From: an uncultured Gammaproteobacteria bacterium
GTDB taxonomy: Bacteria > Patescibacteriota > Patescibacteriia > Patescibacteriales > UBA12465
Reading direction: 5' to 3'
Length of the DNA stretch: 64,000 nucleotides
Assembly: GCA_964648205.1 (NCBI GenBank)
Contig: CAZYNT010000001.1
Location: 47,765 to 111,764, forward strand
Each line of letters starts with the position of its first letter. The first letter of the stretch is position 1. The notes beneath the pieces are model-generated. The model worked only from the letters and a program-made list of their open reading frames with translations. It had not been told where the DNA came from and made no database searches. Position numbers and translations under genes: made by a program. Positions 36,604 through 47,105 of the stretch are shown piece after piece.

Positions 36604-38115
36604 TTATAACTCATACAAAAATATCATATAAGAGGTGCCTTCCAGGTGGCCTTTTTCTGTAAAGTTCTTCCGGAAGTCATTCTTTAAAGTCGCAGCAAAT
36701 GGATTATCTTCTGTAAAAACCAGCCAAACCCTCTTACTGCCAGATGATTTAATATTATTTATCAATACATCCGAGCTCGGAAATGTGTTGTTATTATTTT
36801 TAATAATCTTATTTACATCTTGGTAAAGTTGATGAGTAGCCATTTCTTCGGGGAATGACTTTTTTATAAAAAACTTAAGATTAATATTCATGCGACCTAT
36901 ATAATAATCAATCGTTGGCCTCGAAAGTCCGGTAAACACTAGCCAATCATTATCCTGGGCTATCGATAAAAAATTGGACACAACTGTCCGCTCATTAATT
37001 TTTTGGTTTTTGATGTTATTCTTTTCCCTAATTACCTCTGCATAACTAAAAATAATCAATAATAAAATTAAAGAGCAGACAATCCATTTATTTTTAAGAC
37101 GAGAAAACAATATGGCGAATAGAAGAATAAAAGCCGGCAAAACTACGGCCTCATAGCGCCCCGGCTCATAAAAATTTACAAAATGACCCACAATCCATGC
37201 CACCAACAATGGGATAAATAGGTAACCAAGCAACCATGATAAGTTGGAAATAATCTTATTATAATTAATTTTTTTTAACTTAAAATAGATTCTATCTTTT
37301 GTTTCTTCTAAGTAACCAAAAATAGCAAGAGCCGATATTAGACCAAATATTATATAAATTCCAGTAGCCCCGTACATAAAATAATGGAAAGTATCGAATA
37401 TTGTTTTAAATGATGTTAAAGAAATCCAGCTGCTTGCTCCATTTTCCCTATATTGCCACAAGATTACTATCCAGGGCGAACTAATAAATACGGCAGCAAT
37501 TTGGCAAAAGAGTATTTTAAAAGATTTTTTATAAAGCAGCCAGCTAATAAATTGGGATCCCAATAATAACAAGAACCAGGGATGAGAACAGACGCCTAAA
37601 ACAGTAAAAAACAAATACCAAATAACATTTTTATACCGAAAGTGCTTTAGTAAAATATAAAATTGAAAATACGAAAGAATGCTCAGTAGTATGACCAATG
37701 AATACTGCCTGGCTTGAATAGAATAGAAAATACTAAAATAATTTATTGCCAGTAAAAAGGCCGCCCATAGGCCGGTACGCACACCTCTAATTAATACTCC
37801 GAGTTTATAAATTGCTATAAGTGAAAGCAAGCTTAAAATTACAGATAAAGAACGGAGTCCGATCTCATTATTTCCAAATAAAACCGACCAAAATTTTAAT
37901 AAATAAAAGTAAGCGACATTGCTGCCAGAATTAACCAAATTGGACCACGAGTTAATCAAATTTGTATTAAGGGCATTGGCTACCCCAGCCTCATCTAGCC
38001 ACAATGGCCTTAAAGATAAATGATCTAATCGTAAAATACTGGCTAAGACAAAAATAGCTAAAAAAATTAAGACATTTCGATTCTTTTTTATTATCTTTCT
38101 TAAATTATTTACCAT
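36604..38115 (-). CDS. GT-C (GT39/PMT-like) glycosyltransferase
   Basis: LWLDEA, YFYLLKFW, GLRSLS, SIQARQYS; many TMs. Confidence 0.88.
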   Translation of the reverse strand: MVNNLRKIIKKNRNVLIFLAIFVLASILRLDHLSLRPLWLDEAGVANALNTNLINSWSNLVNSGSNVAYFYLLKFWSVLFGNNEIGLRSLSVILSLLSLIAIYKLGVLIRGVRTGLWAAFLLAINYFSIFYSIQARQYSLVILLSILSYFQFYILLKHFRYKNVIWYLFFTVLGVCSHPWFLLLLGSQFISWLLYKKSFKILFCQIAAVFISSPWIVILWQYRENGASSWISLTSFKTIFDTFHYFMYGATGIYIIFGLISALAIFGYLEETKDRIYFKLKKINYNKIISNLSWLLGYLFIPLLVAWIVGHFVNFYEPGRYEAVVLPAFILLFAILFSRLKNKWIVCSLILLLIIFSYAEVIREKNNIKNQKINERTVVSNFLSIAQDNDWLVFTGLSRPTIDYYIGRMNINLKFFIKKSFPEEMATHQLYQDVNKIIKNNNNTFPSSDVLINNIKSSGSKRVWLVFTEDNPFAATLKNDFRKNFTEKGHLEGTSYMIFLYEL

Positions 38116-38131
38116 AAAGTAATAATACGAA

Positions 38132-40372
38132 TTAAAAAAGCACTTCGATTTTGCCTTTCATAGAATCATTAACAGAAAAAGTGAAGCGCAAGGATAGGCC
38201 GACCCGGCTGACATATAAGCGGCCGCCCTCCGACTCTTCAATCTTGTAACCTCTCCCTTCATAATATTTCTGGACAGCTTCAACGTCGGCGCGTGTCACC
38301 GGGCGAGAAAGATAATAAGTCAGCCACATGCTATCCATACTATCAACCATCTTCACTTGATTACTAAAAATAGGGTTTAGGATTAGCAACAGTTCATCAT
38401 GAATACTCTGATTTTTAGCTGAGCCTATCTTGGCTTCTTTAGCATTCTCAAAATTTATTTCCACCCAAGTTTTGGTCGTAGGCGTTATGGCGGCTTGCCC
38501 GAGCGGCGAGCTGACGGTAGAATCCGGGCGAGAACAGGCCGGGATTATTTTATTTTTAAAATACTGGCAGATATTTTTAACTATATTTTTGGCGACGGCG
38601 GTTTTTTCTTTTACTTTCTTATTAATCTTTAGAGCTGATTTTTCCGCGCCAGCGACTGCCATATTTTGAGCCACTAAATAAGCGCTTTGATCTTCTATTT
38701 TCGCCCCGGTGCGATTAGAAACTTGCATACACTTATTCGTGCTTCCATTAGCATCCAATTTGATAAGCGCCGCTTCCGTATACGGGGTCATAATGCCCAT
38801 TACCTTGCGCGTCTTATTAGTAAGCATGCTTCCCGCAATTATAATCCCCTTATCGGCTGTCGGCTGCAAGCTGTAACCCGACAATTCTCTTTCAGCGTCG
38901 ATTTTCTTTACCCAAATCGGATTAAAATCGGCGTCGGTTTTGACCAAACCAATATTTATCGCCGAAGCCGCTACCATTTTTTTTAAAGCTTCGTTCATTG
39001 CCTTGGCAAAAGGCTGGATCTTCGGAGCCAACTTTTCAATATTGACGCAATCGGCTTCATGCTTAGCGCATTCGTCTAAATAAGCTCGTCTTTTTTTGGC
39101 AGCGTCTGCTTCTTTAGCTTCCAGCCCATCGCCATCACGCACAGTATTTTTCATGATGACAAAATTGTGGTCAAAGGTTTTAACTACATGAAAATCATTA
39201 ACCGCTCCTCCGGAAATAAGATTGATATCCAGCTTTTTCGCCCATTGATAATTGCCGGCGGCGTCAAATTTCACGGCCATGAGCGGACGCAAGCCTAATT
39301 CCGTCAAAGATATCGCAGCCCCTCCTGACAAGCCCTGGGTTAATAATTGGTTGGCGAAACCGAAAACTAAAAAACCGCCATCCGGCGCTAGCTGGACGGA
39401 TCTAAAATCACCGCCCGCCAAACGAATCTTCGTTTTGCCGATAGTGACCGCATTTCCCGTATAGCTAGTTGGAGCGCTTATCTCAGAGGGTATCATTTCC
39501 AGGCTTTTAGCCCAAGAAACATTTAGATTACGGTCTAATCTTATTGCTGTCGGGATATCGCCCATAACTATTTCCGGTCCTACAATATTTTCCGGTTGTT
39601 CTGTTTTATAAATAGCGATATTGGCTAAAGCGATAAAGCTCCCATCGGCCAAGCGCTGCATATCAAGAGCGTTCCAACTCATCTTTTTAAAAGACTGGAC
39701 TGATCCTTTCTTATCGACTTGAATCAGCGCACTGTATTTGGGCACGGCCTCCGTGTCCGCGACGTCCTTGCCGTGTCCGGTTTCCATAAAACGCGCTAAG
39801 AGCATTATGCCGCCATCAGGCAGAGCCCAAATCTTTTGTGGGCGATCGATACTATAATCACCGATTAAAATTGACCACGATTGAATCCCCTTAGAATTAA
39901 ACCTGGTTATTAAAATATCCCCATAAAGTTCCTTGGTTTTTTCATCGACAAAATCAACAACATCGCTGGCCGTAATTATGCCGCCGTCCGATGTTTCAAC
40001 GGCTAGGCGGCCGAAGTGGCTGGAACTCATATTGCCGAGAGCATTGCTTGCGCTGCTAAAATCACGGGTCCAGAGCTTATTGCCCTTCGCGTCCGTTTTT
40101 ACAACATACGGATAAGGCTCTTGCATACCTCCGGCTCGAATAGTCTCGCCCGTAAGCACGAACCCGCCGTCCTTAGTCGGCAAAACGCCAAAACCTTCCG
40201 TATTGTCACGCAAATGGTAAGTCTTTAGAAAGCTCGTCGCATCAATTTGTTTCTGAGGGCATTCTGCCGCCGGCTGCGCCGCGGCCGGCTGATCGCCGGT
40301 TATCTTTAAAACCGCAAAAATTGTAAAAAAAATAATTACGGATAATAATAAATACTTAATTTTCATACTCAT
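38132..40372 (-). CDS. secreted beta-propeller-like protein
   Basis: Signal peptide; repeated T.DGG...G and VK.D..G...W blades. Confidence 0.75.
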   Translation of the reverse strand: MSMKIKYLLLSVIIFFTIFAVLKITGDQPAAAQPAAECPQKQIDATSFLKTYHLRDNTEGFGVLPTKDGGFVLTGETIRAGGMQEPYPYVVKTDAKGNKLWTRDFSSASNALGNMSSSHFGRLAVETSDGGIITASDVVDFVDEKTKELYGDILITRFNSKGIQSWSILIGDYSIDRPQKIWALPDGGIMLLARFMETGHGKDVADTEAVPKYSALIQVDKKGSVQSFKKMSWNALDMQRLADGSFIALANIAIYKTEQPENIVGPEIVMGDIPTAIRLDRNLNVSWAKSLEMIPSEISAPTSYTGNAVTIGKTKIRLAGGDFRSVQLAPDGGFLVFGFANQLLTQGLSGGAAISLTELGLRPLMAVKFDAAGNYQWAKKLDINLISGGAVNDFHVVKTFDHNFVIMKNTVRDGDGLEAKEADAAKKRRAYLDECAKHEADCVNIEKLAPKIQPFAKAMNEALKKMVAASAINIGLVKTDADFNPIWVKKIDAERELSGYSLQPTADKGIIIAGSMLTNKTRKVMGIMTPYTEAALIKLDANGSTNKCMQVSNRTGAKIEDQSAYLVAQNMAVAGAEKSALKINKKVKEKTAVAKNIVKNICQYFKNKIIPACSRPDSTVSSPLGQAAITPTTKTWVEINFENAKEAKIGSAKNQSIHDELLLILNPIFSNQVKMVDSMDSMWLTYYLSRPVTRADVEAVQKYYEGRGYKIEESEGGRLYVSRVGLSLRFTFSVNDSMKGKIEVLF

Positions 40373-40480
40373 AAATCTTTAAAAAATAATTTACTATGCT
40401 TGATTATATTTTATCATTAACAGCCAAAAATTGGTATTTAAGACCGCCAATGATATAATCCAATATATAACAGTGCATTT

Positions 40481-41635
40481 ATGTTAAAAACTTTCATAAG
40501 CTGGTTTAAAAAATTTTTTCCTTTCCTGGGCTTGAGCGCTTTATTCTTTTTGTTCGTCCTTTTAATCACCTTCTTGTTCAACTACTATAATGCCGATTCC
40601 CTCGCTTGGGCGCAGAGAGTCAATCCTTATTATTTATTGGTGCGCTGGGATTCTATTCATTATTTAGAAATCGCCTTAAACGGTTTCGGCGCCCCTTCGA
40701 CATTTTTCCCTTTTTATCCTTTCCTAATAACCTTATTTTCTTTATTTTTACCAACTATTTTTTCCGGATTCTTAATCAGCTTCTTGTCCTTAGCGGCGGC
40801 CCTCTACTATTTGAATTTAATATTGGAAGAGGCTGGCCTCGGAAAAATTTATGGCCGAACTGTTATTTTATTGTTATCTTTCCCGGCCGCCCTATTTTTT
40901 TCCCTGATTTACACAGAATCTTTATTTTTTTTTCTAGTCATCGCCTTTTTTTATTACTTGCAAAAACGTTACTGGCGTGTCGCCGCTCTTCTCGGCTTTT
41001 TGGCCGTTCTAACGAGAAATGTCGGAATTTTTTTATGGCCAGTCTACTTAGTCTTTCTGCTAACCACCCTCTACGATTTTAACTTGGGAAAATTCTGGAA
41101 AAATTTGGCTGCTTTGATTAAGAAAAAAGAATTTTGGTTTTCTCTGGCTATTCCCGCCGGTTTGTTCTTATACTGCTTCTATTGCTATCTCCAATTTGGC
41201 GATTGGCTTACTTTTATTCGCAGCCAGCAGGGTTGGGCGCAGTGGCGGGCTTTCGTGTGGCCCTGGAAAACCTTCGCTAATTTCTTTAAAATAATTTTTC
41301 TCGACTCAATCGGAGAAACCAGCCTCTATAATTTTATCAGGATAGTAATCATTGAGGGTGGGTCTTTTCTGCTTCTGCTTGCGGCCACGATATATTGGCT
41401 GAAGAAAAAACATTGGCCTTATGCTGTGTTTTGTTTACTCAATACTCTTCTTTTCTCTTTCATGTATCCTATGCTTTCCGTCAACCGCTATGTGGTCGTC
41501 GTCTTCCCGATTTTTATATTTCTCGCTAGTCTTACCAAAAAATATAATTGGCTATTTTATAGCACTCTTTTTATATTTATTATCTTCTTTATCTTAAACG
41601 TCTCTCAATTTTCCATCGGATCTTGGGCGGGCTAA
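40481..41635 (+). CDS. GT-C mannosyltransferase (PIG-V-like)
   Basis: RWDSIHY, FFPFYP, YTESLF, LTRNVG, SVNRY. Confidence 0.88.
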   Translation: MLKTFISWFKKFFPFLGLSALFFLFVLLITFLFNYYNADSLAWAQRVNPYYLLVRWDSIHYLEIALNGFGAPSTFFPFYPFLITLFSLFLPTIFSGFLISFLSLAAALYYLNLILEEAGLGKIYGRTVILLLSFPAALFFSLIYTESLFFFLVIAFFYYLQKRYWRVAALLGFLAVLTRNVGIFLWPVYLVFLLTTLYDFNLGKFWKNLAALIKKKEFWFSLAIPAGLFLYCFYCYLQFGDWLTFIRSQQGWAQWRAFVWPWKTFANFFKIIFLDSIGETSLYNFIRIVIIEGGSFLLLLAATIYWLKKKHWPYAVFCLLNTLLFSFMYPMLSVNRYVVVVFPIFIFLASLTKKYNWLFYSTLFIFIIFFILNVSQFSIGSWAG

Positions 41636-41645
41636 AAAACAAAAG

Positions 41646-41674
41646 GCCTCGAATTGCTTGCGGCAATCCGAGGC
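41646..41674. other. hairpin 3' of the putative DGR variable region (may also act as terminator)
   Basis: Minus strand GCCTCGGATTGC-CGCAA-GCAATTCGAGGC. Confidence 0.6.
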
Positions 41675-41694
41675 TAAAAATAGAGAACTAAAGA

Positions 41695-42360
41695 CTAAAA
41701 GAGCCAAAAACCAGAAATTTGAAAAACGACGAACGCAAAACCACCGCCACGACTCCACCGGTCGTCAGGATTGCCACAGTCGGCACTCAACCAAGAATCA
41801 TCGTCATCGCGATGAGCGTAGAGAAGTGAGAGATCACCTTCAAAATCTTTTATTGGTTCGTGCATAACGACAATCCAAAGAAGTCCCATAGCTTCCAGTT
41901 CTTTATCAGAGAATTTCTCTCTGATAAGACAAGCGGTTTCAGTGTTTGGCGTGATGAGCTTACGATTTTTAGCGTCCTTACGAATGTTTTGAGTGATAAG
42001 TTCGCTGTCACTGAAAATTTCATCTTTAAAAACGGCAATTTCGTAGGTGACACCGCTTGTCGGTTTAAATCTTTTTGAACGAAGTACGCTCTTAGCATAA
42101 TTTCCGACATGAAAACCCTTATCTTCCAAACGAGTAATCCACTGTTCGCCGGTAGTGCCGTCAGATGTGACCGAGAAACGGATAATGCCGTCTTTTTCTG
42201 TCCATTTAGGTCTGGGCGTGAAGAGCTGTATTTCTCCGGCGTTCACCATGCGGACAGCTTCATTGGGATCATTTACTCCGATTTGTTTCATGATGTTTTT
42301 CACCAAAGCATTTAGCTTACCCGGCAAAACATCGGCGATTACAAAAAAATCATTATTCAT
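41695..42360 (-). CDS. putative DGR target protein (CLec-like C-terminus)
   Basis: C-terminus DGDLSLLYAHR-like ...WLSADCGNPDDRWSRGGGFAFV; NNY-rich codons; SD AGGAGG. Confidence 0.7.
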   Translation of the reverse strand: MNNDFFVIADVLPGKLNALVKNIMKQIGVNDPNEAVRMVNAGEIQLFTPRPKWTEKDGIIRFSVTSDGTTGEQWITRLEDKGFHVGNYAKSVLRSKRFKPTSGVTYEIAVFKDEIFSDSELITQNIRKDAKNRKLITPNTETACLIREKFSDKELEAMGLLWIVVMHEPIKDFEGDLSLLYAHRDDDDSWLSADCGNPDDRWSRGGGFAFVVFQISGFWLF

Positions 42361-42428
42361 TTTGCCCTCCTTGCGCTTATTCGCGCTTTTTACTTGCTCT
42401 CATCCGAAGCAGGAGCTCTAACCATTGT

Positions 42429-42478
42429 GGCCACAGCCAGGAAATGGCTAACTTGTTAACCATTTTTTGGCTGTGGCC
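42429..42478. repeat. 24-bp imperfect inverted repeat in the leader
   Basis: GGCCACAGCCAGGAAATGGCTAAC / GTTAACCATTTTTTGGCTGTGGCC. Confidence 0.8.
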
Positions 42479-42635
42479 TGTTCGCAAATTATTTTTTTAA
42501 AGTCCGATTTTTATAAGATAATTATAGCATAATATCATAATATTAATATTTTTTCAATAACAAAAAAATAGAGATATTAACTCTATTTTTCTGTATCTAC
42601 GGAGAGGATAGGGTGAAAACTTTTTTGTGTAAATA

Positions 42636-43427
42636 TTAGTATTTTTTAAAATATGGATGAAAAATTCTAAAACCATCTTTTTTGTCTAATTCGGATTTTA
42701 TAAAACTTTCTTTTATTTCTATTTCTCTAGCATTTAAAGGAGTTTCGCCCTTGTTCGCCCTTTTATTGAACCACCAAACACCAATATCGCGTTTATAGAT
42801 TGGTATTTTAAATATTTTTGCATATGTAGGTATTTTATATTCAAGCATTCCAATCTCCCTGTCTTCGACAGTTAACCATTTATCGAAAAAAATTCTTGGA
42901 AAGATTTGAAAAATAAATAAACTGCATAATAACCTATTTCTATAAGAATACTTTTCTTTTATATATTTTTTGAATTCAAGATAATTTTTTCTATGTTTTT
43001 TTCCTTTTTTTGTCCAATCCCATTTTTTTTCTATATACTCATCTAATATCCTTGTACCCGAAATAAACAATTCTCCTTTTTTCATCCTAGGAAATTGTTT
43101 TTTAATATTTCCCAATATTAAAGCGTCCCATTGAACTATAGCGACTCCATCCCAATTTTTTAAGTTTTGTCCCCTTTCTTTATACCAATCTAATATCATT
43201 AAATCCCCATGAATCCATTTATACTTACGTGGCTTGCTGCAAAGAGAGCTAACATGAAAATCATCCAAATAACTTTTTAATTTATTTTTAAAGCTACCAG
43301 CCTTTGCCTTATCTCCACCGTACAATCCAAAAATTTTGACATTCGGATTATGTTTTTTTATCAATTTAAGTCTATTCAAGCAAATTTCAGGGTCTTTGTA
43401 GAACCAAAACAAAATAGCTAACTTCAT
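42636..43427 (-). CDS. hypothetical protein, possibly GT-A-like
   Basis: 263-aa ORF; WIHGDL, VQWDAL (DxD-like position), FHPY. Confidence 0.65.
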   Translation of the reverse strand: MKLAILFWFYKDPEICLNRLKLIKKHNPNVKIFGLYGGDKAKAGSFKNKLKSYLDDFHVSSLCSKPRKYKWIHGDLMILDWYKERGQNLKNWDGVAIVQWDALILGNIKKQFPRMKKGELFISGTRILDEYIEKKWDWTKKGKKHRKNYLEFKKYIKEKYSYRNRLLCSLFIFQIFPRIFFDKWLTVEDREIGMLEYKIPTYAKIFKIPIYKRDIGVWWFNKRANKGETPLNAREIEIKESFIKSELDKKDGFRIFHPYFKKY

Positions 43428-43432
43428 ATTGC

Positions 43433-43819
43433 TTAAAAACCGAAGTATTTTAAAACGGGTTTAATGTTTGGGGCCAAATCTTCTTTATCTAAATCTTGTA
43501 TATCTATCCAACGCCATTCTTTTATATCTTTACCTGGCATAATTTCTCCAATTCTTTTAGCCAGGAAATGAACCAAGATAACACTTAACCTTTCTTCTCC
43601 CTTTTCCGTATAGAAAAAATAGGGGTTATTATTTAGTATTTCTATATCTAGTCCCATCTCCTCCTTGACTTCTCTAATGGCAACTTCTTTTAAATTAGTT
43701 TCATCTTCTTCAACTCTTCCGCCACAAAATTTCCAAAATTGATCTTCACCATGTTTATTAAGTAAAACGTGATTATTTTCTACAATTACGGGACCGGATG
43801 CGATAATAATTTTAGACAT
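43433..43819 (-). CDS. NUDIX hydrolase
   Basis: GGRVEEDET...AIREVKEEMG Nudix box. Confidence 0.9.
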   Translation of the reverse strand: MSKIIIASGPVIVENNHVLLNKHGEDQFWKFCGGRVEEDETNLKEVAIREVKEEMGLDIEILNNNPYFFYTEKGEERLSVILVHFLAKRIGEIMPGKDIKEWRWIDIQDLDKEDLAPNIKPVLKYFGF

Positions 43820-43898
43820 ATATTTTATAATTGCTATTTTACAATTATACCACGCCTTGCCGAAGCCATAAATTTCTTATTAAAAATAACTCGAAATC

Positions 43899-44690
43899 TT
43901 ATGGCTTTTCACTCTCAAATTTAATGTTTTCGTCTAATATTGTAACAATTTCATTATTCAAAATAGGAATGTCATATTGTTTGGTTTCAGGATTAAATTT
44001 TTTTCCGCTAACAGACATTTTAGAAATTATTTTACCCACAATTTGCGGATTTCTAAATTTCCCCTCATTTTTTGCTTTTATTGATCTTTCTCTTATTGAA
44101 TCAATCCCATAATTAATGGCCTCCTCATTCATGCGAGTATCAACATGACCAGGATTAACTAAAAAGACTTGAATGTTTTTATTTTCTTCTTTGCTAGAAA
44201 AATCTTTAAGCCAGTCCTCAACATTTTTTTTCGCTTGTCCGTAATGTTCATGCCCCTCTATAAATTTACTGGCCTGAGTAGAAGTAAGAAATATTATGCG
44301 TCCATTTGAAGAACGCAATAAATCAGAGGCCGATTCAACTAGATTTTTTTGAGCCTCATAATCAACTTTTAAGGTATAGCCTTTCGATTCTCTTATGCCA
44401 GTCACGGCGGCGTTTAGTATTAAAATATCCAAACCGCCTAATTTTTCAGAACCTTGTTTTATAAAATCTTCTATTTTATCGGTATTGCTTAAATCAAGTT
44501 GATATGCCTCAACTTTACTTGAATTTTTCATTTCGTCTAGTTTTTCTTGTGTACGGGCGCAAATAACGACATCATGATTTTGTCCAGACAATTCCAACGC
44601 TATGGCCCTACCAATTCCCTCGGTCCCACCAGTTAAAATTATTTTTTCTTTTTCTATCGCTGGCGATTGTATTTTTTGCTCAAAATTCAT
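43899..44690 (-). CDS. SDR family oxidoreductase
   Basis: TGGTEGIG, LNAA, YGQAK, NPGHVDT. Confidence 0.9.
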   Translation of the reverse strand: MNFEQKIQSPAIEKEKIILTGGTEGIGRAIALELSGQNHDVVICARTQEKLDEMKNSSKVEAYQLDLSNTDKIEDFIKQGSEKLGGLDILILNAAVTGIRESKGYTLKVDYEAQKNLVESASDLLRSSNGRIIFLTSTQASKFIEGHEHYGQAKKNVEDWLKDFSSKEENKNIQVFLVNPGHVDTRMNEEAINYGIDSIRERSIKAKNEGKFRNPQIVGKIISKMSVSGKKFNPETKQYDIPILNNEIVTILDENIKFESEKP

Positions 44691-44734
44691 ATTTATATAT
44701 CTCAAATATATTTTAAAATTATCAATCAACAAAA

Positions 44735-45337
44735 TTATTTCTGCACGATTATTCTAGCCACTTCGTGCTTATGTGGATTCGGAAAACCAGGATGACCGGG
44801 GTCTAAAATAATATTTTCTAAATAATATAACACTTTATAGCCAGAAAAAAGATGCAATAATTCCTGCTCATCGAAATAACCGCTAAATTTATTACCTGAA
44901 GTAAAACTGGGGTCATCTTTGGTAAAAGCTTCGATGATTATATAACCGCCTTTTTGGATATTATCTTGCAGGCTATTTAATATTTTTAAAGTTTCATCTT
45001 TGCCTAAAAAATTTAAAACATTACGGCAGGCAATTACTTGGTATTTATCTTTTTCAATATTAAAATCTTTTATATCACCATAAATTAATTCTAAATTATC
45101 TAGTTTAAGCTCATCTTTTTTAGCTTTTAATTGATCAATGACCACGGATGAACTATCTATCGCCGTAACCGGAAAACCCTTTTCAGCTAAAAACAAAGAA
45201 TCGACTCCCTGGCCACAACCCAAATCCAATACCGCGCTACCCGGTAAAAAATTTTTCCAGATAAGGTTTAAAATTTGGCTGGGCTTAATTTCCTCACCAA
45301 CATTAAAGGTTGAATATATTTTATTATAATTTGGCAT
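44735..45337 (-). CDS. class I SAM-dependent methyltransferase (TehB-like)
   Basis: VLDLGCGQG, VTAIDSS. Confidence 0.9.
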   Translation of the reverse strand: MPNYNKIYSTFNVGEEIKPSQILNLIWKNFLPGSAVLDLGCGQGVDSLFLAEKGFPVTAIDSSSVVIDQLKAKKDELKLDNLELIYGDIKDFNIEKDKYQVIACRNVLNFLGKDETLKILNSLQDNIQKGGYIIIEAFTKDDPSFTSGNKFSGYFDEQELLHLFSGYKVLYYLENIILDPGHPGFPNPHKHEVARIIVQK

Positions 45338-45390
45338 TTTATTGATAACTTTAATTTATTGTTTTTAAATATGTTTCAAATATCATTAAA

Positions 45391-45825
45391 TTAACAATTT
45401 TTAAACATAACTACAAAATCATCAGCCAAAGAATAGCCGCGCTTCTCATAAAAATCCAGCAAACGCTTATCTTTTTTAGTCCAAAGCATCGCCGATCTAA
45501 CACCTCGCGCCTTTAAATACTCCTGGGCATGCGCCATCAGCGCCGTGCCGACGCCATTATTTTGATTTGCGGGGTTGACTACTATCTCTTCCAAAATAGC
45601 TTGGGAGCCAACGCTCCAGGTCGATAATCTTAAAAATATAAAACCCAATATTTCGTTCCCTTCAACAGATACAAAACTATCATTCTTACAATTATTATAT
45701 TTTTCTAAAATATATTTATAAGCATTATCACCAACGAAATTTTCGTTGTAGGGCGGTTTACCATAAGCCGCCTGCAATAAATTGGCGCAAACCGACAAAT
45801 CTTCTTCTGTTATATTTCTAATCAT
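45391..45825 (-). CDS. GNAT acetyltransferase
   Basis: VVNPANQNNGVGTAL, FYEKRGY. Confidence 0.9.
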   Translation of the reverse strand: MIRNITEEDLSVCANLLQAAYGKPPYNENFVGDNAYKYILEKYNNCKNDSFVSVEGNEILGFIFLRLSTWSVGSQAILEEIVVNPANQNNGVGTALMAHAQEYLKARGVRSAMLWTKKDKRLLDFYEKRGYSLADDFVVMFKNC

Positions 45826-45993
45826 ATTATTTTAGGCATTATCCGTTTAATATTATTATAACATTTTCATTCCTATAACTAAAATCCCGGGTTATTCTTA
45901 CGGCTCGCGTTTATTATGATAACATCGTAATATACTTTCTATAATTTGCCTCAATTTAACCTCTATGCTATTTTAACTGTATATATATTTTTT

Positions 45994-46584
45994 ATGTTTG
46001 ATCTTGTCGCTCTCATAAAAGCTGCCGGCTACCTCGGGCTCTTCGGCATCATCTTTGCTGAATCGGGTTTGTTTTTCGGTTTCTTCTTCCCCGGCGACAG
46101 CCTTCTTTTTACGGCCGGCTTTCTCGCCTCCAAGGGCTTTCTAAATATCTATTTTCTAATTGTCCTGACTTTTTTGGCCGCAGTTCTTGGCGACAATGTC
46201 GGCTATTGGTTCGGTAAAAAAACCGGGCCGAAAATTTTTACTCGAGATGATTCTCTTTTATTCCATAAAGACCATGTAACTAAGGCGGAGAAATTCTTTA
46301 AAAAATACGGGCCGAAAACAATAATTTTCGCCCGCTTCGTCCCTATCGTGCGCACTTTCGCGCCTATTCTTGCCGGCGTGGGAAAAATGCATTACCGGAC
46401 TTTTTTTATTTATAATCTGGTCGGCGGCGCCCTTTGGACTATCAGTCTTTCCCTGCTTGGCTATTTTCTCGGCCAAATAGTACCGAACATCGACAAGTAT
46501 CTTCTGCCGATAGTCGCCCTTATCATCATTGTTTCTGCGCTGCCCAATATCTATCAGATTTTAAAAATAAAATTTAAAAAATAA
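45994..46584 (+). CDS. DedA family protein
   Basis: FAESGL..FFPGDSLLF, GDNVGY, ARFVPIVRTF. Confidence 0.93.
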   Translation: MFDLVALIKAAGYLGLFGIIFAESGLFFGFFFPGDSLLFTAGFLASKGFLNIYFLIVLTFLAAVLGDNVGYWFGKKTGPKIFTRDDSLLFHKDHVTKAEKFFKKYGPKTIIFARFVPIVRTFAPILAGVGKMHYRTFFIYNLVGGALWTISLSLLGYFLGQIVPNIDKYLLPIVALIIIVSALPNIYQILKIKFKK

Positions 46585-46644
46585 TCTGATATAAAATATA
46601 TAAAAAAGTCGCTAATTCTCAAAAGCGACTTAAATGCTTTCGCC

Positions 46645-46827
46645 TCAACGATCTTTGCGGCCACGGTTTTCCTGGCGGCGGATTGGCGTTATTTTTTTGT
46701 ACCCGGGGCAAATATGGCCGGAATGATTTACCGGCAGATTGGTCGCGGCTCCTTCGGGCGGATGAATAATAATTTCTTCGTGCGGCAATGTGCCGCAGCC
46801 TACTCTGATTCCTTCTTTTTTTGCCAT
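46645..46827 (-). CDS. small hypothetical protein
   Basis: 60-aa ATG ORF ending at a shared hairpin (46606-46631). Confidence 0.4.
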   Translation of the reverse strand: MAKKEGIRVGCGTLPHEEIIIHPPEGAATNLPVNHSGHICPGYKKITPIRRQENRGRKDR

Positions 46828-46947
46828 TTATAAAGAATTTTAGATGTAAAATCAATCTAGCATAATTAATGAAATGTGTCCAGCCTAATTTAATAAATAC
46901 AAAGACTTGTCAAAATTAAAATCATTTGTTATCATCAATTTTGTTAA

Positions 46948-47020
46948 GCGCCTATAGCTCAGTTGGTAGAGCGGCTCCCTTTTAAGGAGATGGTCGCAGG
47001 TTCGAATCCTGCTGGGCGCA
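46948..47020 (+). tRNA. tRNA-Lys(TTT)
   Basis: GCGCCTA/TGGGCGC, loop CTTTTAA, GGTTCGAATCC. Confidence 0.95.
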
Positions 47021-47105
47021 CAATGGATAGGCCCGATTACCGGGCTTATTTTTATTTAAAAAAACCATCTATTTGATGGTTTAATTGTAGCTTTGATTTT
47101 TTCTT

